From NCBI GenBank assembly GCA_964549735.1, contig CAZJWO010000002.1, positions 27,358-91,357 on the forward strand: a DNA stretch of 64,000 bases. The letters run 5' to 3'. The translations under genes were made by a program, and so were the position numbers. The stretch's first letter is position 1; every line of letters begins with the position of its first letter. Positions 36,951 through 46,680 of this stretch are shown piece after piece. This stretch comes from an uncultured Fibrobacteraceae bacterium (lineage in GTDB: Bacteria; Krumholzibacteriota; Krumholzibacteriia; LZORAL124-64-63). The notes under the pieces were generated by a model. The model was not told the DNA's origin. It saw nothing but the letters and a program-made list of their open reading frames with translations, and searched no databases.

Positions 36951-38893
36951 GCCGGCGTGATCCCAGCCGGCTCGTCCTGGCGATCGCCCTGTTCGTGGCG
37001 GGGCCGCCGACCGCGGCCTCCGCGCGCGCGGAGGCCGGCGGGGCGACCGCCGCGCCGGACTCGCTGCAAGCACCTTACCGACTCGAGGAAGTGGTCGTCT
37101 ACGGCGAGACGCCGGCCGGGCCGGGGATGATCACGAATCTCCGCGGCGCCGAGCTCCTGGATCGCGGCGGGGGCGATGTCGCGCACCTCCTGCGTCTTGA
37201 CCCCGGGCTGGCGGTGTCGGCCGGGGGCAAGGCGGAGACCGAGACCCGCCTGCGCGGCATGCCGGCGCGCGCCACCCTGATCCTGGTCGACGGCCGGCCC
37301 GTCAACCCCGGCTACTACGGCAAGGTCGACCTGACCATGTTCTCCTCGTCGGGCCTGGCGGCCGTGCAGGTCGTCAAGGGCCCGGCTTCGGCCGCATACG
37401 GCCCCAACGCCATGGGCGGGGTCGTCAACATCATCACCCGCAGCGGCTTCGACGCGCCAGGCACCGCCTTCAGCACGCGCCTGGGAGAAGACGGGCTGCG
37501 GCGGCTGTCGCTCAGCCATGCGCAACGGCGCGGATCGCTCGCTATTTCGGTCCACGGCTACGAGCAGCACAGCGACGGCTTCCGACTGAGCGGCGACTTC
37601 TCCCCGACTTCGGTCGAAGACGGCGGCCTGCGGGCCAACAGCGGCTACCGCAAAGCGGGCGGCGGCGTGAAGGCCGGTTTCGAGCGCGGCGACCGTGACA
37701 TCTACACCGTGACGTTCGACTACCACTGGTCGCGGCGACAGATCCCGGCGACCATCTACGCCTGGGAATCCCCCACGTGGCGGGATTTTCCGGTCTGGAA
37801 GCGCTACGGCGCCTCCCTGAACAACCAGCGGCGCTTCGGTCCCGGGCTCGAGCTGGTGACGGTGCTCTACGCCGACGGGCAGCATGACCGTCTCATCGAC
37901 TACCAGAGCCGCGACCTCGCCGACGACGCGGTCAACTTCGATTCGCTCCTCAAGAACCGCGCCGTGGGAGGTTCGGTGAACCTGAGCGGCTGGGCCGGCG
38001 CGCGGCACCGCTTCCGGATGGGCCTCATCTACAGGCATGACTTCCTGGACAAGCAGCCCGACACGGACGCCGCCTGGGAACGCCACGCGCTCGGCACGGG
38101 TTCGCTGTTCCTGGAAGACCGCTACGACGTCGCCGACGCGGTCGCCTTGCTGGGCAGCCTCCAGACCTCCTGGCATGCCACCGATCGGCATGATGCGAAG
38201 CGCCTGGCGGCCAGCCCGGCGCTGTCCGTGCACTGGACGCCGCGGCGCGACACGGCGTTGCGCGCCGCGTATGGCCGGGCGACGCGCTACCCGACCCTGC
38301 ACGCGCTATACAGCCAGACGTCGGGCAACCCGGACCTCCGTCCCGAAACCGCCGCCAAGTATGAAGTCGGCCTGGAACGCCGCTTCTGGAGCGGCACGCA
38401 GCGGAGCTTGTCCGCCGAGGTCGCCTGGTTCCGCAGCGACCTCGCCGACCTCATCGATCGCCCCGCGCGCTCGCAGCAGTTCCGCAACGTGGCCTCGGCG
38501 CGGCTCGGCGGCCTCGAGACTGCGGTCCGTGCGCGCCTGGCGACCCATCTGCAGGCTGACGTCGGCTACATGTGGATCGACCGCGGCGCGACGTCGGCCG
38601 AAATGCTGCGCGAACTGGCGCCGCATCGCTTCAGCGTGGGTCTGACCGCCGATACGCCTTTCGGCACGCGGCTGCGCTATGACGTCACGGCGCAGGACGA
38701 GCGGACCACGTACGTTCCGGATCGGCGGCACGCGGCCTACCGCCTGCACAGCGTGACGATCCGGCAGTCGCTCAGCCGCGGCCTCGTGCTGCACTTCGAG
38801 GTATTCAACCTCACCGACGTCGATTTCGAGGAAGAGCTCGGGTATCCCGCGCCCGGCCGCACGATCGCTTTCGGCCTCGATTGGTGGAGATGA
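36947..38893 (+). CDS. TonB-dependent outer-membrane receptor
   Basis: Signal peptide, TonB-box-like LEEVVVYGE, plug motif VQVVKGPASAAYGPNAMGGVVNIITR, and a C-terminal beta-barrel ending in an aromatic residue (...FGLDWWR). Confidence 0.8.
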   Translation: MSRRDPSRLVLAIALFVAGPPTAASARAEAGGATAAPDSLQAPYRLEEVVVYGETPAGPGMITNLRGAELLDRGGGDVAHLLRLDPGLAVSAGGKAETETRLRGMPARATLILVDGRPVNPGYYGKVDLTMFSSSGLAAVQVVKGPASAAYGPNAMGGVVNIITRSGFDAPGTAFSTRLGEDGLRRLSLSHAQRRGSLAISVHGYEQHSDGFRLSGDFSPTSVEDGGLRANSGYRKAGGGVKAGFERGDRDIYTVTFDYHWSRRQIPATIYAWESPTWRDFPVWKRYGASLNNQRRFGPGLELVTVLYADGQHDRLIDYQSRDLADDAVNFDSLLKNRAVGGSVNLSGWAGARHRFRMGLIYRHDFLDKQPDTDAAWERHALGTGSLFLEDRYDVADAVALLGSLQTSWHATDRHDAKRLAASPALSVHWTPRRDTALRAAYGRATRYPTLHALYSQTSGNPDLRPETAAKYEVGLERRFWSGTQRSLSAEVAWFRSDLADLIDRPARSQQFRNVASARLGGLETAVRARLATHLQADVGYMWIDRGATSAEMLRELAPHRFSVGLTADTPFGTRLRYDVTAQDERTTYVPDRRHAAYRLHSVTIRQSLSRGLVLHFEVFNLTDVDFEEELGYPAPGRTIAFGLDWWR

Positions 38894-38976
38894 TGCGGTC
38901 GCAACGATCCGATAGTCCCGTCGAACAACTGGCCTCATGCGCACGCATGGCCGGCCGCCAATAGAAGGAGAATCCG

Positions 38977-39909
38977 ATGAATGGCTCGCTACGATCCGGC
39001 AAGGCGACGACGATGCTAACGGTGCTCGTCTTCGCGGCCCTCTCGCTCGGCACGCAGGCCCTGGCCGAGACCTACCTCTGCCCCGTCATCAACGACGTCT
39101 ACATCGACCAGGGCCGCCCGGACGACACCCAGGGCCACCGCACGCGGGTCCTCGTGTCGTGGCACAGCACGAACCTGGCGGCCCGCGGCCTCTGGCGATT
39201 CGACATCCCGCCGGCGATCGCCGCGGCGCAGATCGTCAGCGCCGTCATGCACGTCTCGCGCAACTCGACCGGCGGCGCCGGGACGGCGATCGACGTCGAC
39301 GTCTTCGCGTTGAACGCCCCCTTCGACGAGGCGACCGACACCTGGAACTCCCTGGCCGGCGGCAGCTTCGACACGAGCGTGGTCGCCAGCGGGACCCTGC
39401 CCGCCTGGGCGTGCCCGCCTCCCTGCACCGCCGCGATCGACCTGACCAGCCTGCTGCAGGGCAACCTGGACAAGGTGCGCGACCACGGCATCCTGATGAT
39501 GGTCCAGGACGAGGGCACCGGCGCGAACCGCAACCAGAACTTCGCCACCAAGGAGGACGTCCCGCCGTCGACGGGCGCCTACCTGGAGATCGTCGTCGCG
39601 AGCGAAGCGGATGCCGCGCCGTCCGCGCCGCTGGCGACCCTCTACCCGAACGCCCCCAACCCGTTCAATCCGCGCACGACCATCGCCTTCACGGTCGTCT
39701 CGCCGCAAGCCGTCGACTTGCGGATCTGCGATCTGGCGGGGCGCGTGGTGCGCGTATTGCGGCGAGAGAACGTCGCGGCGGGCCGGCATGAAGTCACCTG
39801 GGACGGCACGAACGCTGCGGGACTCGCCGCTCCGTCCGGAGCATATCTCGTGATTCTGACCCCGGACGCCGGCGAGCGCCGCGTCGTGAAGGCGACGTTG
39901 AGCCGCTAG
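38977..39909 (+). CDS. Secreted DNRLRE-like domain protein with C-terminal T9SS-type / FlgD-Ig-like domain
   Basis: Signal peptide. Pattern VYIDQGRPDDT...RVLVSWHS...LWRFDIP...IVSAVMHV...DVFALNAPFDEATDTWNS...NRNQNFATKE...AYLEIVV resembles the DNRLRE domain. C-terminus YPNAPNPFNPRTTIAFT...VTWDGTNAAGLAAPSGAYLVIL. Confidence 0.5.
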   Translation: MNGSLRSGKATTMLTVLVFAALSLGTQALAETYLCPVINDVYIDQGRPDDTQGHRTRVLVSWHSTNLAARGLWRFDIPPAIAAAQIVSAVMHVSRNSTGGAGTAIDVDVFALNAPFDEATDTWNSLAGGSFDTSVVASGTLPAWACPPPCTAAIDLTSLLQGNLDKVRDHGILMMVQDEGTGANRNQNFATKEDVPPSTGAYLEIVVASEADAAPSAPLATLYPNAPNPFNPRTTIAFTVVSPQAVDLRICDLAGRVVRVLRRENVAAGRHEVTWDGTNAAGLAAPSGAYLVILTPDAGERRVVKATLSR

Positions 39910-39952
39910 ACCGCGTTCGCCGCCGTGATCTCCAGCATGAAGGCGGAGCAAT

Positions 39953-41053
39953 ATGCGCGACGTGATCCGACGAAACCACGCCGCCTTCTTCGCAGGCGGC
40001 TTCATCCTGGCCGCGTTGCTCACCGCCGCCTCGTGCTGGATGGTCCAGGGCAAGAGACGACACATCGACATCGCGGCCGTCACCGGCGCCACGCCGCTCG
40101 CTCTGAAAACGGACGTCCCGGGCGGTCTGGCGCTGGAGGTGTCGGGCGACACGGAGAGGATCTACCGGTTCGGCAGCCGCGCCCTCGACGCCCTCGCGCC
40201 CGTCTATCGGCGCACGCTGGAGGTCTCGCCCGACGGAGAATTCGAGGGCAGCTATCGCTACTGCGGCATCCCCGTGCTGCACATCCTGGAAGGGGTCGTG
40301 CCGAAGAAGGCTGCGGGCGCGCCTTTCGACAGGCCTCTCGACATGATCGTGGCGATCGTCTCGCGCACGGGCGAGGAGCGGCTTTTCAGCTATGGCGAGT
40401 TGACCATGGCCGATGACAGCGAACCCGTCATGCTCGCCTACGCGCGGTCCGAGCTGCTGCCCGCGAAGGCCGGCGCGGAAGAGGCGTTCGAGTGGAACCG
40501 GCGCCGGGGTCCGCTCGCCGGATTGCGGCTGGTCTGCCCGGGCGACCGGGACACCGGCCGCTACCTCGACGACGTGGTGCGGATCGTGCTCGCCGAACCC
40601 GTCGTGGACGTCCCGGGTCTGCCCGAGATGAAGCGCGGCGAACGCTGCGTCGCCGACTCCGTCGCGGTCGTCAGCGGGAGCGTCGCGCGCCCCCTCGCGC
40701 TCGACGGGGTCGAGACCGCGGCCGTCGGCGGCTGGGTACGCACCGGCCATGGCCTGGGCTTCAAGGGGATCTCCGCCGCTTCCGGGTACGACCTGCGCGC
40801 GTTATTGCGGCGCAACTTCCCGGGCGCCGGCGAAGATCAGTTCTACCTGTTCGTGGCCTGCGACGGCTACCGGGCGATCTTCTCCGGACGCGAGATCTTC
40901 GGCACCGAGGCGGGGCGGCGCATGCTGCTGATCGAGGAGATGGACGGACAGCCCCGGCCAGGGGGGGCCAGCCTGGGGCCGGTGAAGGACTACTTCGTGG
41001 ACCGCGTTCTGAGGGCGGTGACGCACATCGTCATGCTCGAGGACGTCCGTTAG
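39953..41053 (+). CDS. Membrane-anchored hypothetical protein with two tandem ~150-aa repeats resembling the molybdopterin-dependent-oxidoreductase (Oxidored_molyb / MOSC-like) fold
   Basis: N-terminal TM helix. An internal duplication is visible by eye (YCGIPVLHILEGVVP...DMIVAIVSRTGEERLFSYGELTM...PVMLAYA...LRLVCPGDRDTGRYLDDVVRIVL versus FKGISAASGYDLRALL...FYLFVACDGYRAIFSGREIFG...RMLLIEEMDG...GPVKDYFVDRVLRAVTHIVML). Confidence 0.4.
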   Translation: MRDVIRRNHAAFFAGGFILAALLTAASCWMVQGKRRHIDIAAVTGATPLALKTDVPGGLALEVSGDTERIYRFGSRALDALAPVYRRTLEVSPDGEFEGSYRYCGIPVLHILEGVVPKKAAGAPFDRPLDMIVAIVSRTGEERLFSYGELTMADDSEPVMLAYARSELLPAKAGAEEAFEWNRRRGPLAGLRLVCPGDRDTGRYLDDVVRIVLAEPVVDVPGLPEMKRGERCVADSVAVVSGSVARPLALDGVETAAVGGWVRTGHGLGFKGISAASGYDLRALLRRNFPGAGEDQFYLFVACDGYRAIFSGREIFGTEAGRRMLLIEEMDGQPRPGGASLGPVKDYFVDRVLRAVTHIVMLEDVR

Positions 41054-41066
41054 TCGCGACCCCGCG

Positions 41067-41819
41067 TCATGGATCGGCGACCGGCCGAGTCCGACCGAGC
41101 CGGGCGGCCAGCCGCGCCGTGTCGTCGGCCAGGAGCGCCTCGCAGCCGAGCAGGCGGTAGTACCAGAGGCGCCGCGACGGCGCGGTGTCGAGCGGACAGG
41201 TCAGCGCGCCGCGCCGCCGCGCCAACCACGCGTACAGGGGATTGCCGAACAGCAGGGGCCACCAGGGTCCGACGAGCTGCACGCCCCGCGTCGGCAGCAA
41301 TCTGCCGAGCGTGACATGCCCGACGGGAAGGTCCGGCGCGACGGCCTGCACGGCGCGCAGCCGCGGCAGCGAGAAGGAGACCAGCGCGGCGCGGCCGCGC
41401 AATCCGCCCGCGGCCAGTTCGGCCGCCAACTGTCGCCCGATCTCCGGTTCGAGGAACCGGTCGGTCTTCAGCTCCAGCACAATTCCACGGTCCGCGGGCA
41501 GCAGAGCCATGGCTTCGGCGAGCGTCGGCACCTTGACTCCTGCGAAGCCGCGGCGGCCGCAGCTCGCGTCCAGCGCCTGGATCCGGGCCAAGCTGAGGCC
41601 CGCGACGGCGCCGCGCCCGTCGGTCGTGCGATCGACCGTCGCGTCGTGGATGCAGACGAAGACGCCGTCGGCGGTCAAACGCACGTCGGTCTCGACGAGA
41701 TCGGCGCCGTCGGCGAGCGCGCGCGCGAACGCCGGCAGGGTGTTCTCCGGGCAGGCCGCCGAGTTGCCGCGGTGCGCGATCAGATACGGGCGCTGCCGGC
41801 CGGGTAGCTCGAGGTTCAT
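41067..41819 (-). CDS. Glycerophosphodiester phosphodiesterase (GDPD family)
   Basis: YLIAHRGNSAACPENTLPAFARALADGADLVETDVRLTADGVFVCIHD motifs (HR...EN...E.D). Confidence 0.8.
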   Translation of the reverse strand: MNLELPGRQRPYLIAHRGNSAACPENTLPAFARALADGADLVETDVRLTADGVFVCIHDATVDRTTDGRGAVAGLSLARIQALDASCGRRGFAGVKVPTLAEAMALLPADRGIVLELKTDRFLEPEIGRQLAAELAAGGLRGRAALVSFSLPRLRAVQAVAPDLPVGHVTLGRLLPTRGVQLVGPWWPLLFGNPLYAWLARRRGALTCPLDTAPSRRLWYYRLLGCEALLADDTARLAARLGRTRPVADP

Positions 41820-41830
41820 GGCGGCCTCGT

Positions 41831-43009
41831 TCAGCCGCCTTGCCGCGCCGCCAGCGCCGCCAGCGCCGCCTGCTCACGTTCCGGATCGAGGCCCGCCCTC
41901 GCGGTCACCCGCTCGCGGTCCTGCGGCGGCAATTCGTCGTACCACGCCAGCGTGTCGCGGACCGTCGCGGCCAGGGGCCGCAACGCGAGCCCGGCCGCCA
42001 GCGCGCGATCGACGTTGCGCGAGCCGAAACCCGCGTAGTCCCCGTCGGCCGGCACCCAGCACGGCATGTCCATCCAGGCGCCGATGCCCTGCTCCGTCAG
42101 GAACTCGGGATCGGCCCAGACGAACCTCGCGTCGGCGCCGCTCGCCTCGCGGCAGATCTCGAGGTAGCGCCGCATGGTCAACGGCTCGCGCGGATGCGGC
42201 CCGACGACGTTGAACGTGCCGCTCGTGTCCTGCTCCATGCATCGCACCTGGAACGCCGTCAGGTCGCGGCCGTCGATCATCTGGATGCGGTCGCTGCCGT
42301 CGCCGGGCGCGAGGACCTCGCCGCCGCGGCGCACCCGCACCGGCCAGTAGCCGCCGCGGAAGCTCAGGTCGCGCGGACCGACGATCAGGCCCGGCCGGAA
42401 GATCGTATGACGCTCGGGATAGTACCGGCGGACACGGTTCTCGCATTCCGCCTTGAACGGACCGAAGAGGCTGTTGTCGTACTCGAGTTCGTCGGCGTCG
42501 GGCGCCTCGCCGACCGATGCCGTCTCGTCGGCGTTCGGCTGCGAGTTGTCGGCATAGACCGACAACGACGAGACGAACATGTAACGCTCGACATTGTCCT
42601 GCAGCAGCTCGGCCGTGTGCTCGACGATGCGCGGGATGTGCGGCCAGATGTCGATGCAGACGTCCCAGCGGCGGCCGCTGGCGATCTCCTGCTCGAGCGC
42701 CTGCAGACCGTCGCCGCGCTCGAACGTGCGGTCGCCGATGAGCGTCTCGACCTCGGGGAACAGGTCCGGAGCGCGGCGGCCGCGATTGAACATCGTGACC
42801 GAGTGCCCGCCGTCGAGAAGATCGCGGATCAGATGCGGACCGGTCTGGCCGGTGCCGCCGAGCACCAGGACGCGGAGCTTGCGCGGTGCGTCCTTCCCCG
42901 CGCGCGCGCAGCCGCCGCCGGAGGCCAGCACGTAGCCGCCGAGATAGATCGCCGTCCCGGCGAGGGTCATCGACTTCAGGAACTCGCGTCGCGAAGGTCC
43001 GGTATGCAT
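41831..43009 (-). CDS. NAD-dependent epimerase/dehydratase-family (atypical SDR) protein with twin-arginine signal
   Basis: MHTGPSRREFLKSMTLAGTAIYLGG Tat motif, then VLVLGGTGQTGPHLIRDLL Rossmann motif. Confidence 0.7.
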   Translation of the reverse strand: MHTGPSRREFLKSMTLAGTAIYLGGYVLASGGGCARAGKDAPRKLRVLVLGGTGQTGPHLIRDLLDGGHSVTMFNRGRRAPDLFPEVETLIGDRTFERGDGLQALEQEIASGRRWDVCIDIWPHIPRIVEHTAELLQDNVERYMFVSSLSVYADNSQPNADETASVGEAPDADELEYDNSLFGPFKAECENRVRRYYPERHTIFRPGLIVGPRDLSFRGGYWPVRVRRGGEVLAPGDGSDRIQMIDGRDLTAFQVRCMEQDTSGTFNVVGPHPREPLTMRRYLEICREASGADARFVWADPEFLTEQGIGAWMDMPCWVPADGDYAGFGSRNVDRALAAGLALRPLAATVRDTLAWYDELPPQDRERVTARAGLDPEREQAALAALAARQGG

Positions 43010-43136
43010 GGTATTCTCCCGGGGTTGAGCGCCTGCGGCTATCGTAGGGTTTCTTGACGCCGGATGCACGTTTCATGTTTCATCGCTTGCGAAAGGTCTC
43101 GCGCGTGGTGATGTCCGCCGACAGAAGGAATAGCGC

Positions 43137-44447
43137 ATGCCCGGAACATCGCGGATCCTCTGGCCGCTGGCCAGCCTTCTCGTGGCCCTCGGCTGCCTGC
43201 TGTCCTGCCGCGGAACGCCGGCGGCCGTGAACATCGAGCACGCCAACGCGCAGTTCGCCTGGAGCCTCTACGGCGAGGTCGCGGGCGACCCCGGCAACCT
43301 GTTCTTCTCGCCCTTCAGCGTCTCCAGCGCCCTCGGCATGACGCTGCTGGGGGCTCGCGGCGAGACGCAACAGCAGATGCAGCAGGTGCTGTTCGGCGGC
43401 GGCGACCTGCACGAGCAGCTCGGCGCCTTGACGCGACAGCTCGTCGAGGCCGGCCGACCCGCCGCACAGGGGACTGGCGAGGGCGGCGGCTCGGCAGCCG
43501 GCGAACCCTTCGCGCCGGCGGGTGGCCAGCCGGGCGGGCGCGCGGCCGCGACGCAGGCCTACGAGCTGACCGTCGCCAACGCCCTCTGGCTTCAGGATGG
43601 CTTCACGCTGCGCGCGGGATTCCTGGGCGCGACGGCGGATCACTATGGAGCGCAGCCCTTCGCGGTCGATTTCCGGGCGCAGCCGGACGCCGCGCGCCAG
43701 CGCGTCAACACGTGGGTCGCGGACGAGACCCGGCAGAAGATCCGGGACCTGCTCGCCCCCGGCAGCGTCACGCCGGCCACGCGCCTGGTGCTGGCCAACG
43801 CCATCTATTTCAAGAGCGCCTGGCAGACGCCCTTCCAGGCCGCCGCCACCCAGCCGGCGCCATTCCATCTGGCGAACGGAGAGGTCGTCGAGGCGCCGCT
43901 GATGCGGCAGACCGGTCGATTCGCCTATCGGGAGATCGACGGCGCGCAGGTGCTGCGGCTGCCGTACAAGGGCGGCGAGCTGGCCATGCTCGTGGTCCTG
44001 CCGCGGACGGCCGCCGGCCTGGGCGAGATGGAGTCTTCGCTGACCGCCGCCGCGCTGCTGGACCTGGTGGCCGGCGCCGGCGAAACCGTCCGCCGGGTCG
44101 AGGTGCACCTGCCACGCTTCCGCGTCGAGAAGCTGCTGAACCTCGGTCCGCCGCTAGCCGCTCTGGGCATGCCCGCGGCGTTCTCGCCCGAGCAAGCGGA
44201 CTTCTCGGGCATGACCGGCGGCAAGGATCTGTGTATCGACGCGGTCGTGCACAAGGCCTTCGTCGAGGTCGACGAGGAGGGGACCGAGGCGGCGGCGGCC
44301 ACGGCCGTCACGATGATGGCGACGTCGATCGCGATGGATCCGGAGGAGCCGGTCGTCTTCAAGGCCGATCGGCCGTTCCTGTTCTGCATCGTGCACCAGC
44401 CCAGCAACTCGCTGCTGTTCCTGGGCCGCATGGTCGATCCCGCTTAA
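43137..44447 (+). CDS. Serpin (serine-protease inhibitor) lipoprotein/secreted
   Basis: Hinge EEGTEAAAATAV and C-terminal FKADRPFLFCIVHQPSNSLLFLGRMVDP are canonical serpin signatures. ANAIYFKSAWQTPF is the breach/shutter region. N-terminal signal with LGC. Confidence 0.85.
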   Translation: MPGTSRILWPLASLLVALGCLLSCRGTPAAVNIEHANAQFAWSLYGEVAGDPGNLFFSPFSVSSALGMTLLGARGETQQQMQQVLFGGGDLHEQLGALTRQLVEAGRPAAQGTGEGGGSAAGEPFAPAGGQPGGRAAATQAYELTVANALWLQDGFTLRAGFLGATADHYGAQPFAVDFRAQPDAARQRVNTWVADETRQKIRDLLAPGSVTPATRLVLANAIYFKSAWQTPFQAAATQPAPFHLANGEVVEAPLMRQTGRFAYREIDGAQVLRLPYKGGELAMLVVLPRTAAGLGEMESSLTAAALLDLVAGAGETVRRVEVHLPRFRVEKLLNLGPPLAALGMPAAFSPEQADFSGMTGGKDLCIDAVVHKAFVEVDEEGTEAAAATAVTMMATSIAMDPEEPVVFKADRPFLFCIVHQPSNSLLFLGRMVDPA

Positions 44448-44470
44448 CGCGGCGGGTTGACGCCGGCCGA

Positions 44471-44493
44471 CGAGGTCGGCCGGCTTCATCATC
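44471..44493. terminator. Hairpin GCCGGCCGAC-gag-GTCGGCCGGC between the convergent serpin gene and the NifX-like gene
   Basis: Perfect 10-bp stem followed by TTCATCAT on the plus strand. Confidence 0.45.
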
Positions 44494-44516
44494 GGGCGCC
44501 GTCGTGAGCGGCGTCA

Positions 44517-44852
44517 GTGGTCGCAAGCATTCACGCCGTTCGCCAGCGTGCCGGCGAGGAACGCCGCCGCCAGCTCTTCCGGCGTCTCGACCGGAGCGCC
44601 AACGACGACTCGCACCCCGTGCCCCGCGAACAGCTCTTGGGCGCGCCGGCCCATGCCGCCGGCGATGACGACAGCCGCTCCTCGCTCCGCGAGCCACGCC
44701 GGCAACAGACCCGGTTGATGGGCCGGCGCGGCGACGTCTTGCCGTGCGGTGATCATCCCGGTGGCATCGTCGACGTCGACCATCGCGAAGCGCTCGCAAT
44801 GGCCGAAATGCTGAGCCAGGCGTCCGCTGGCGAGGGGAATCGCGATCCTCAT
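44517..44852 (-). CDS. NifX/NifB-like dinitrogenase FeMo-cofactor-binding-domain protein (PF02579-type), copy 1
   Basis: MRIAIPLASGRLAQHFGHCERFAMVDVD...VIAGGMGRRAQELFAGHGVRVV. ~111 aa. Start overlaps the stop of the next gene. Confidence 0.65.
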
Positions 44853-45766
44853 GAATGAGACCTCCACAGGTTGTTCTTCGGGGCTTCGCGATCTGCCGGC
44901 AACGCGGCGATCCGCGTCCAGCTCTCGCGTATGTCTTCGGCGCACGCGGCGCCGATCTCGACGGCCGCCCTCGCGCGCATCTGCGCCCGCGTGACGGCGT
45001 TGTCGTAGCGGATGCGACCTGCGACGAACGCGCCGGCGCGTCGCGCCAGGTCCTCGATCCGTTCCGTCAGACGCGGATTGAGGTTCCACTTGTTCACGCA
45101 AACTGCGGCGGGCAGACGGAAATGGCGCGTCAGGGCCAGTACCCGCGCGAGATCGTGCTCCCCGGAAACCGTCGGTTCGGTGACGATCACCGCCAGCGTG
45201 GCCCCGGTCACCGCCGCGATGACGGGGCAGCCGATCCCGGGTGGACCGTCGATGATGATCAGGGAACGCCGCTCGGCAGCGGCGATCTCGCGCGCTTGTT
45301 GACGGACCGTGGCGACCAGTTTGCCCGAGTTCTCGGCGCCGGCCCTGAGCCTGGCGTGCACCAGCGGCCCACAGCGCGTGACCGAGGTCATCCAGACGCC
45401 GCAAAGGCGCTCGGAGAACGCGATCGCCCGCTGCGGACAGAACCGGACGCAGACGCCACAGCCCTCGCAAGCCGCCGGATCGACGGCGAAGCGGGCCGCC
45501 CCCGAGGGGTCGGGGATCACGGCGCCGAAGCGGCAATGCGTCGCGCAAGTGCCGCAGCCGACGCATATCCGCGGGCGGATCGCCGCTTCGCGCCCGCTAT
45601 AGAAGTCGTGGCATTCCTCGCCGCTGGGCGACAGGACCAGATGCAGATCGGCCGCATCGACGTCGCAGTCGGCGATGACCGGCCGGTCGGCCAGAACGGC
45701 GAACGACGCCGTCAAGCTGGTCTTGCCGGTGCCCCCCTTGCCGCTGATGACGACGATCTCTTTCAC
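44849..45766 (-). CDS. MinD/ParA-superfamily P-loop ATPase with inserted 2x[4Fe-4S] ferredoxin domain (COG1149-like), copy 1
   Basis: P-loop ISGKGGTGKTS. CVGCGTCATHC and CEGCGVCVRFCP ferredoxin motifs. Confidence 0.8.
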   Translation of the reverse strand: MKEIVVISGKGGTGKTSLTASFAVLADRPVIADCDVDAADLHLVLSPSGEECHDFYSGREAAIRPRICVGCGTCATHCRFGAVIPDPSGAARFAVDPAACEGCGVCVRFCPQRAIAFSERLCGVWMTSVTRCGPLVHARLRAGAENSGKLVATVRQQAREIAAAERRSLIIIDGPPGIGCPVIAAVTGATLAVIVTEPTVSGEHDLARVLALTRHFRLPAAVCVNKWNLNPRLTERIEDLARRAGAFVAGRIRYDNAVTRAQMRARAAVEIGAACAEDIRESWTRIAALPADREAPKNNLWRSHS

Positions 45767-45773
45767 GGCGCCG

Positions 45774-46619
45774 CTATCCCGTCCTCTGCAGCTTCTGCAT
45801 GATCCGGTCGCGCAGACGCGCGAAGAGCTCCGCGTAGCGCGGCAGAGCCTCGACGATCAGGGCCCCGCGCGAGTAGGCCTCGGCGATGCCGCGATCGTCG
45901 GGTATGTCGAGCAGCACCGGCAGGGCCTGTTCGCGACAGTAGGCGTGCACCCGGTCATCGCCCTGCCCGACGCGATTGACGACGACGCTGCAGTCGATGC
46001 CGAGTTCGCGCACGACCGGCACGGCCAGGGCGAGATCGTGCAGCCCGAACGGCGTCGGTTCGGCGACCAGCACGACGTGGTCGGCGCCGCGCAGGGTCGC
46101 CACGACCGTGCACGCCGTGCCCGGAGGAGCGTCCAGGATCGCGGGCCGCGTCCGATCGATGCGATCCTTGACCGCCCGGATCAGCGGCGGCGCCGAGGCG
46201 ACGCCCACATCCAGCCGGCCGTGTATCAGCGAGATATCGCCCGACCTGAACGACTCGACGACGCCGATGCGTCGGCTGCTCTCGCGGATCGCGCCGCGAG
46301 GACAGACCTTCGCGCAGCCGCCACAGCCGTGGCAGAGCTCGGGAAACACCAGCGGCGACGTTCCGAAGGAAACGATCGCGTGAAAGGCGCAGAAGCGTCC
46401 GCACTCGCCGCAACCGTCGCAGAGCGAAGCGTCGACGTCGGGCACGGGCACGAAGACCTCCGCGCAGGCCACCGGCGCGCCGGCGAGGAACAGATGCGCG
46501 TTGGGTTCCTCGACGTCGCAGTCCAGAAGCTGGACGCCATCGCCGATGACTCGGGCCAGGTTCGTCGCGACCGTCGTCTTGCCGGTCCCCCCCTTGCCGG
46601 AGGCTATCGCAAGGATCAT
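45774..46619 (-). CDS. MinD/ParA-superfamily P-loop ATPase with ferredoxin domain, copy 2
   Basis: P-loop ASGKGGTGKTT. CDGCGECGRFC and CHGCGGCAKVCP. Confidence 0.8.
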   Translation of the reverse strand: MILAIASGKGGTGKTTVATNLARVIGDGVQLLDCDVEEPNAHLFLAGAPVACAEVFVPVPDVDASLCDGCGECGRFCAFHAIVSFGTSPLVFPELCHGCGGCAKVCPRGAIRESSRRIGVVESFRSGDISLIHGRLDVGVASAPPLIRAVKDRIDRTRPAILDAPPGTACTVVATLRGADHVVLVAEPTPFGLHDLALAVPVVRELGIDCSVVVNRVGQGDDRVHAYCREQALPVLLDIPDDRGIAEAYSRGALIVEALPRYAELFARLRDRIMQKLQRTG

Positions 46620-46680
46620 GCGCGTTCCTCATGATCACCGCGCAGCGCCGTGAAGAGGCGGGCCTGGCTGGCGGGAGCGG

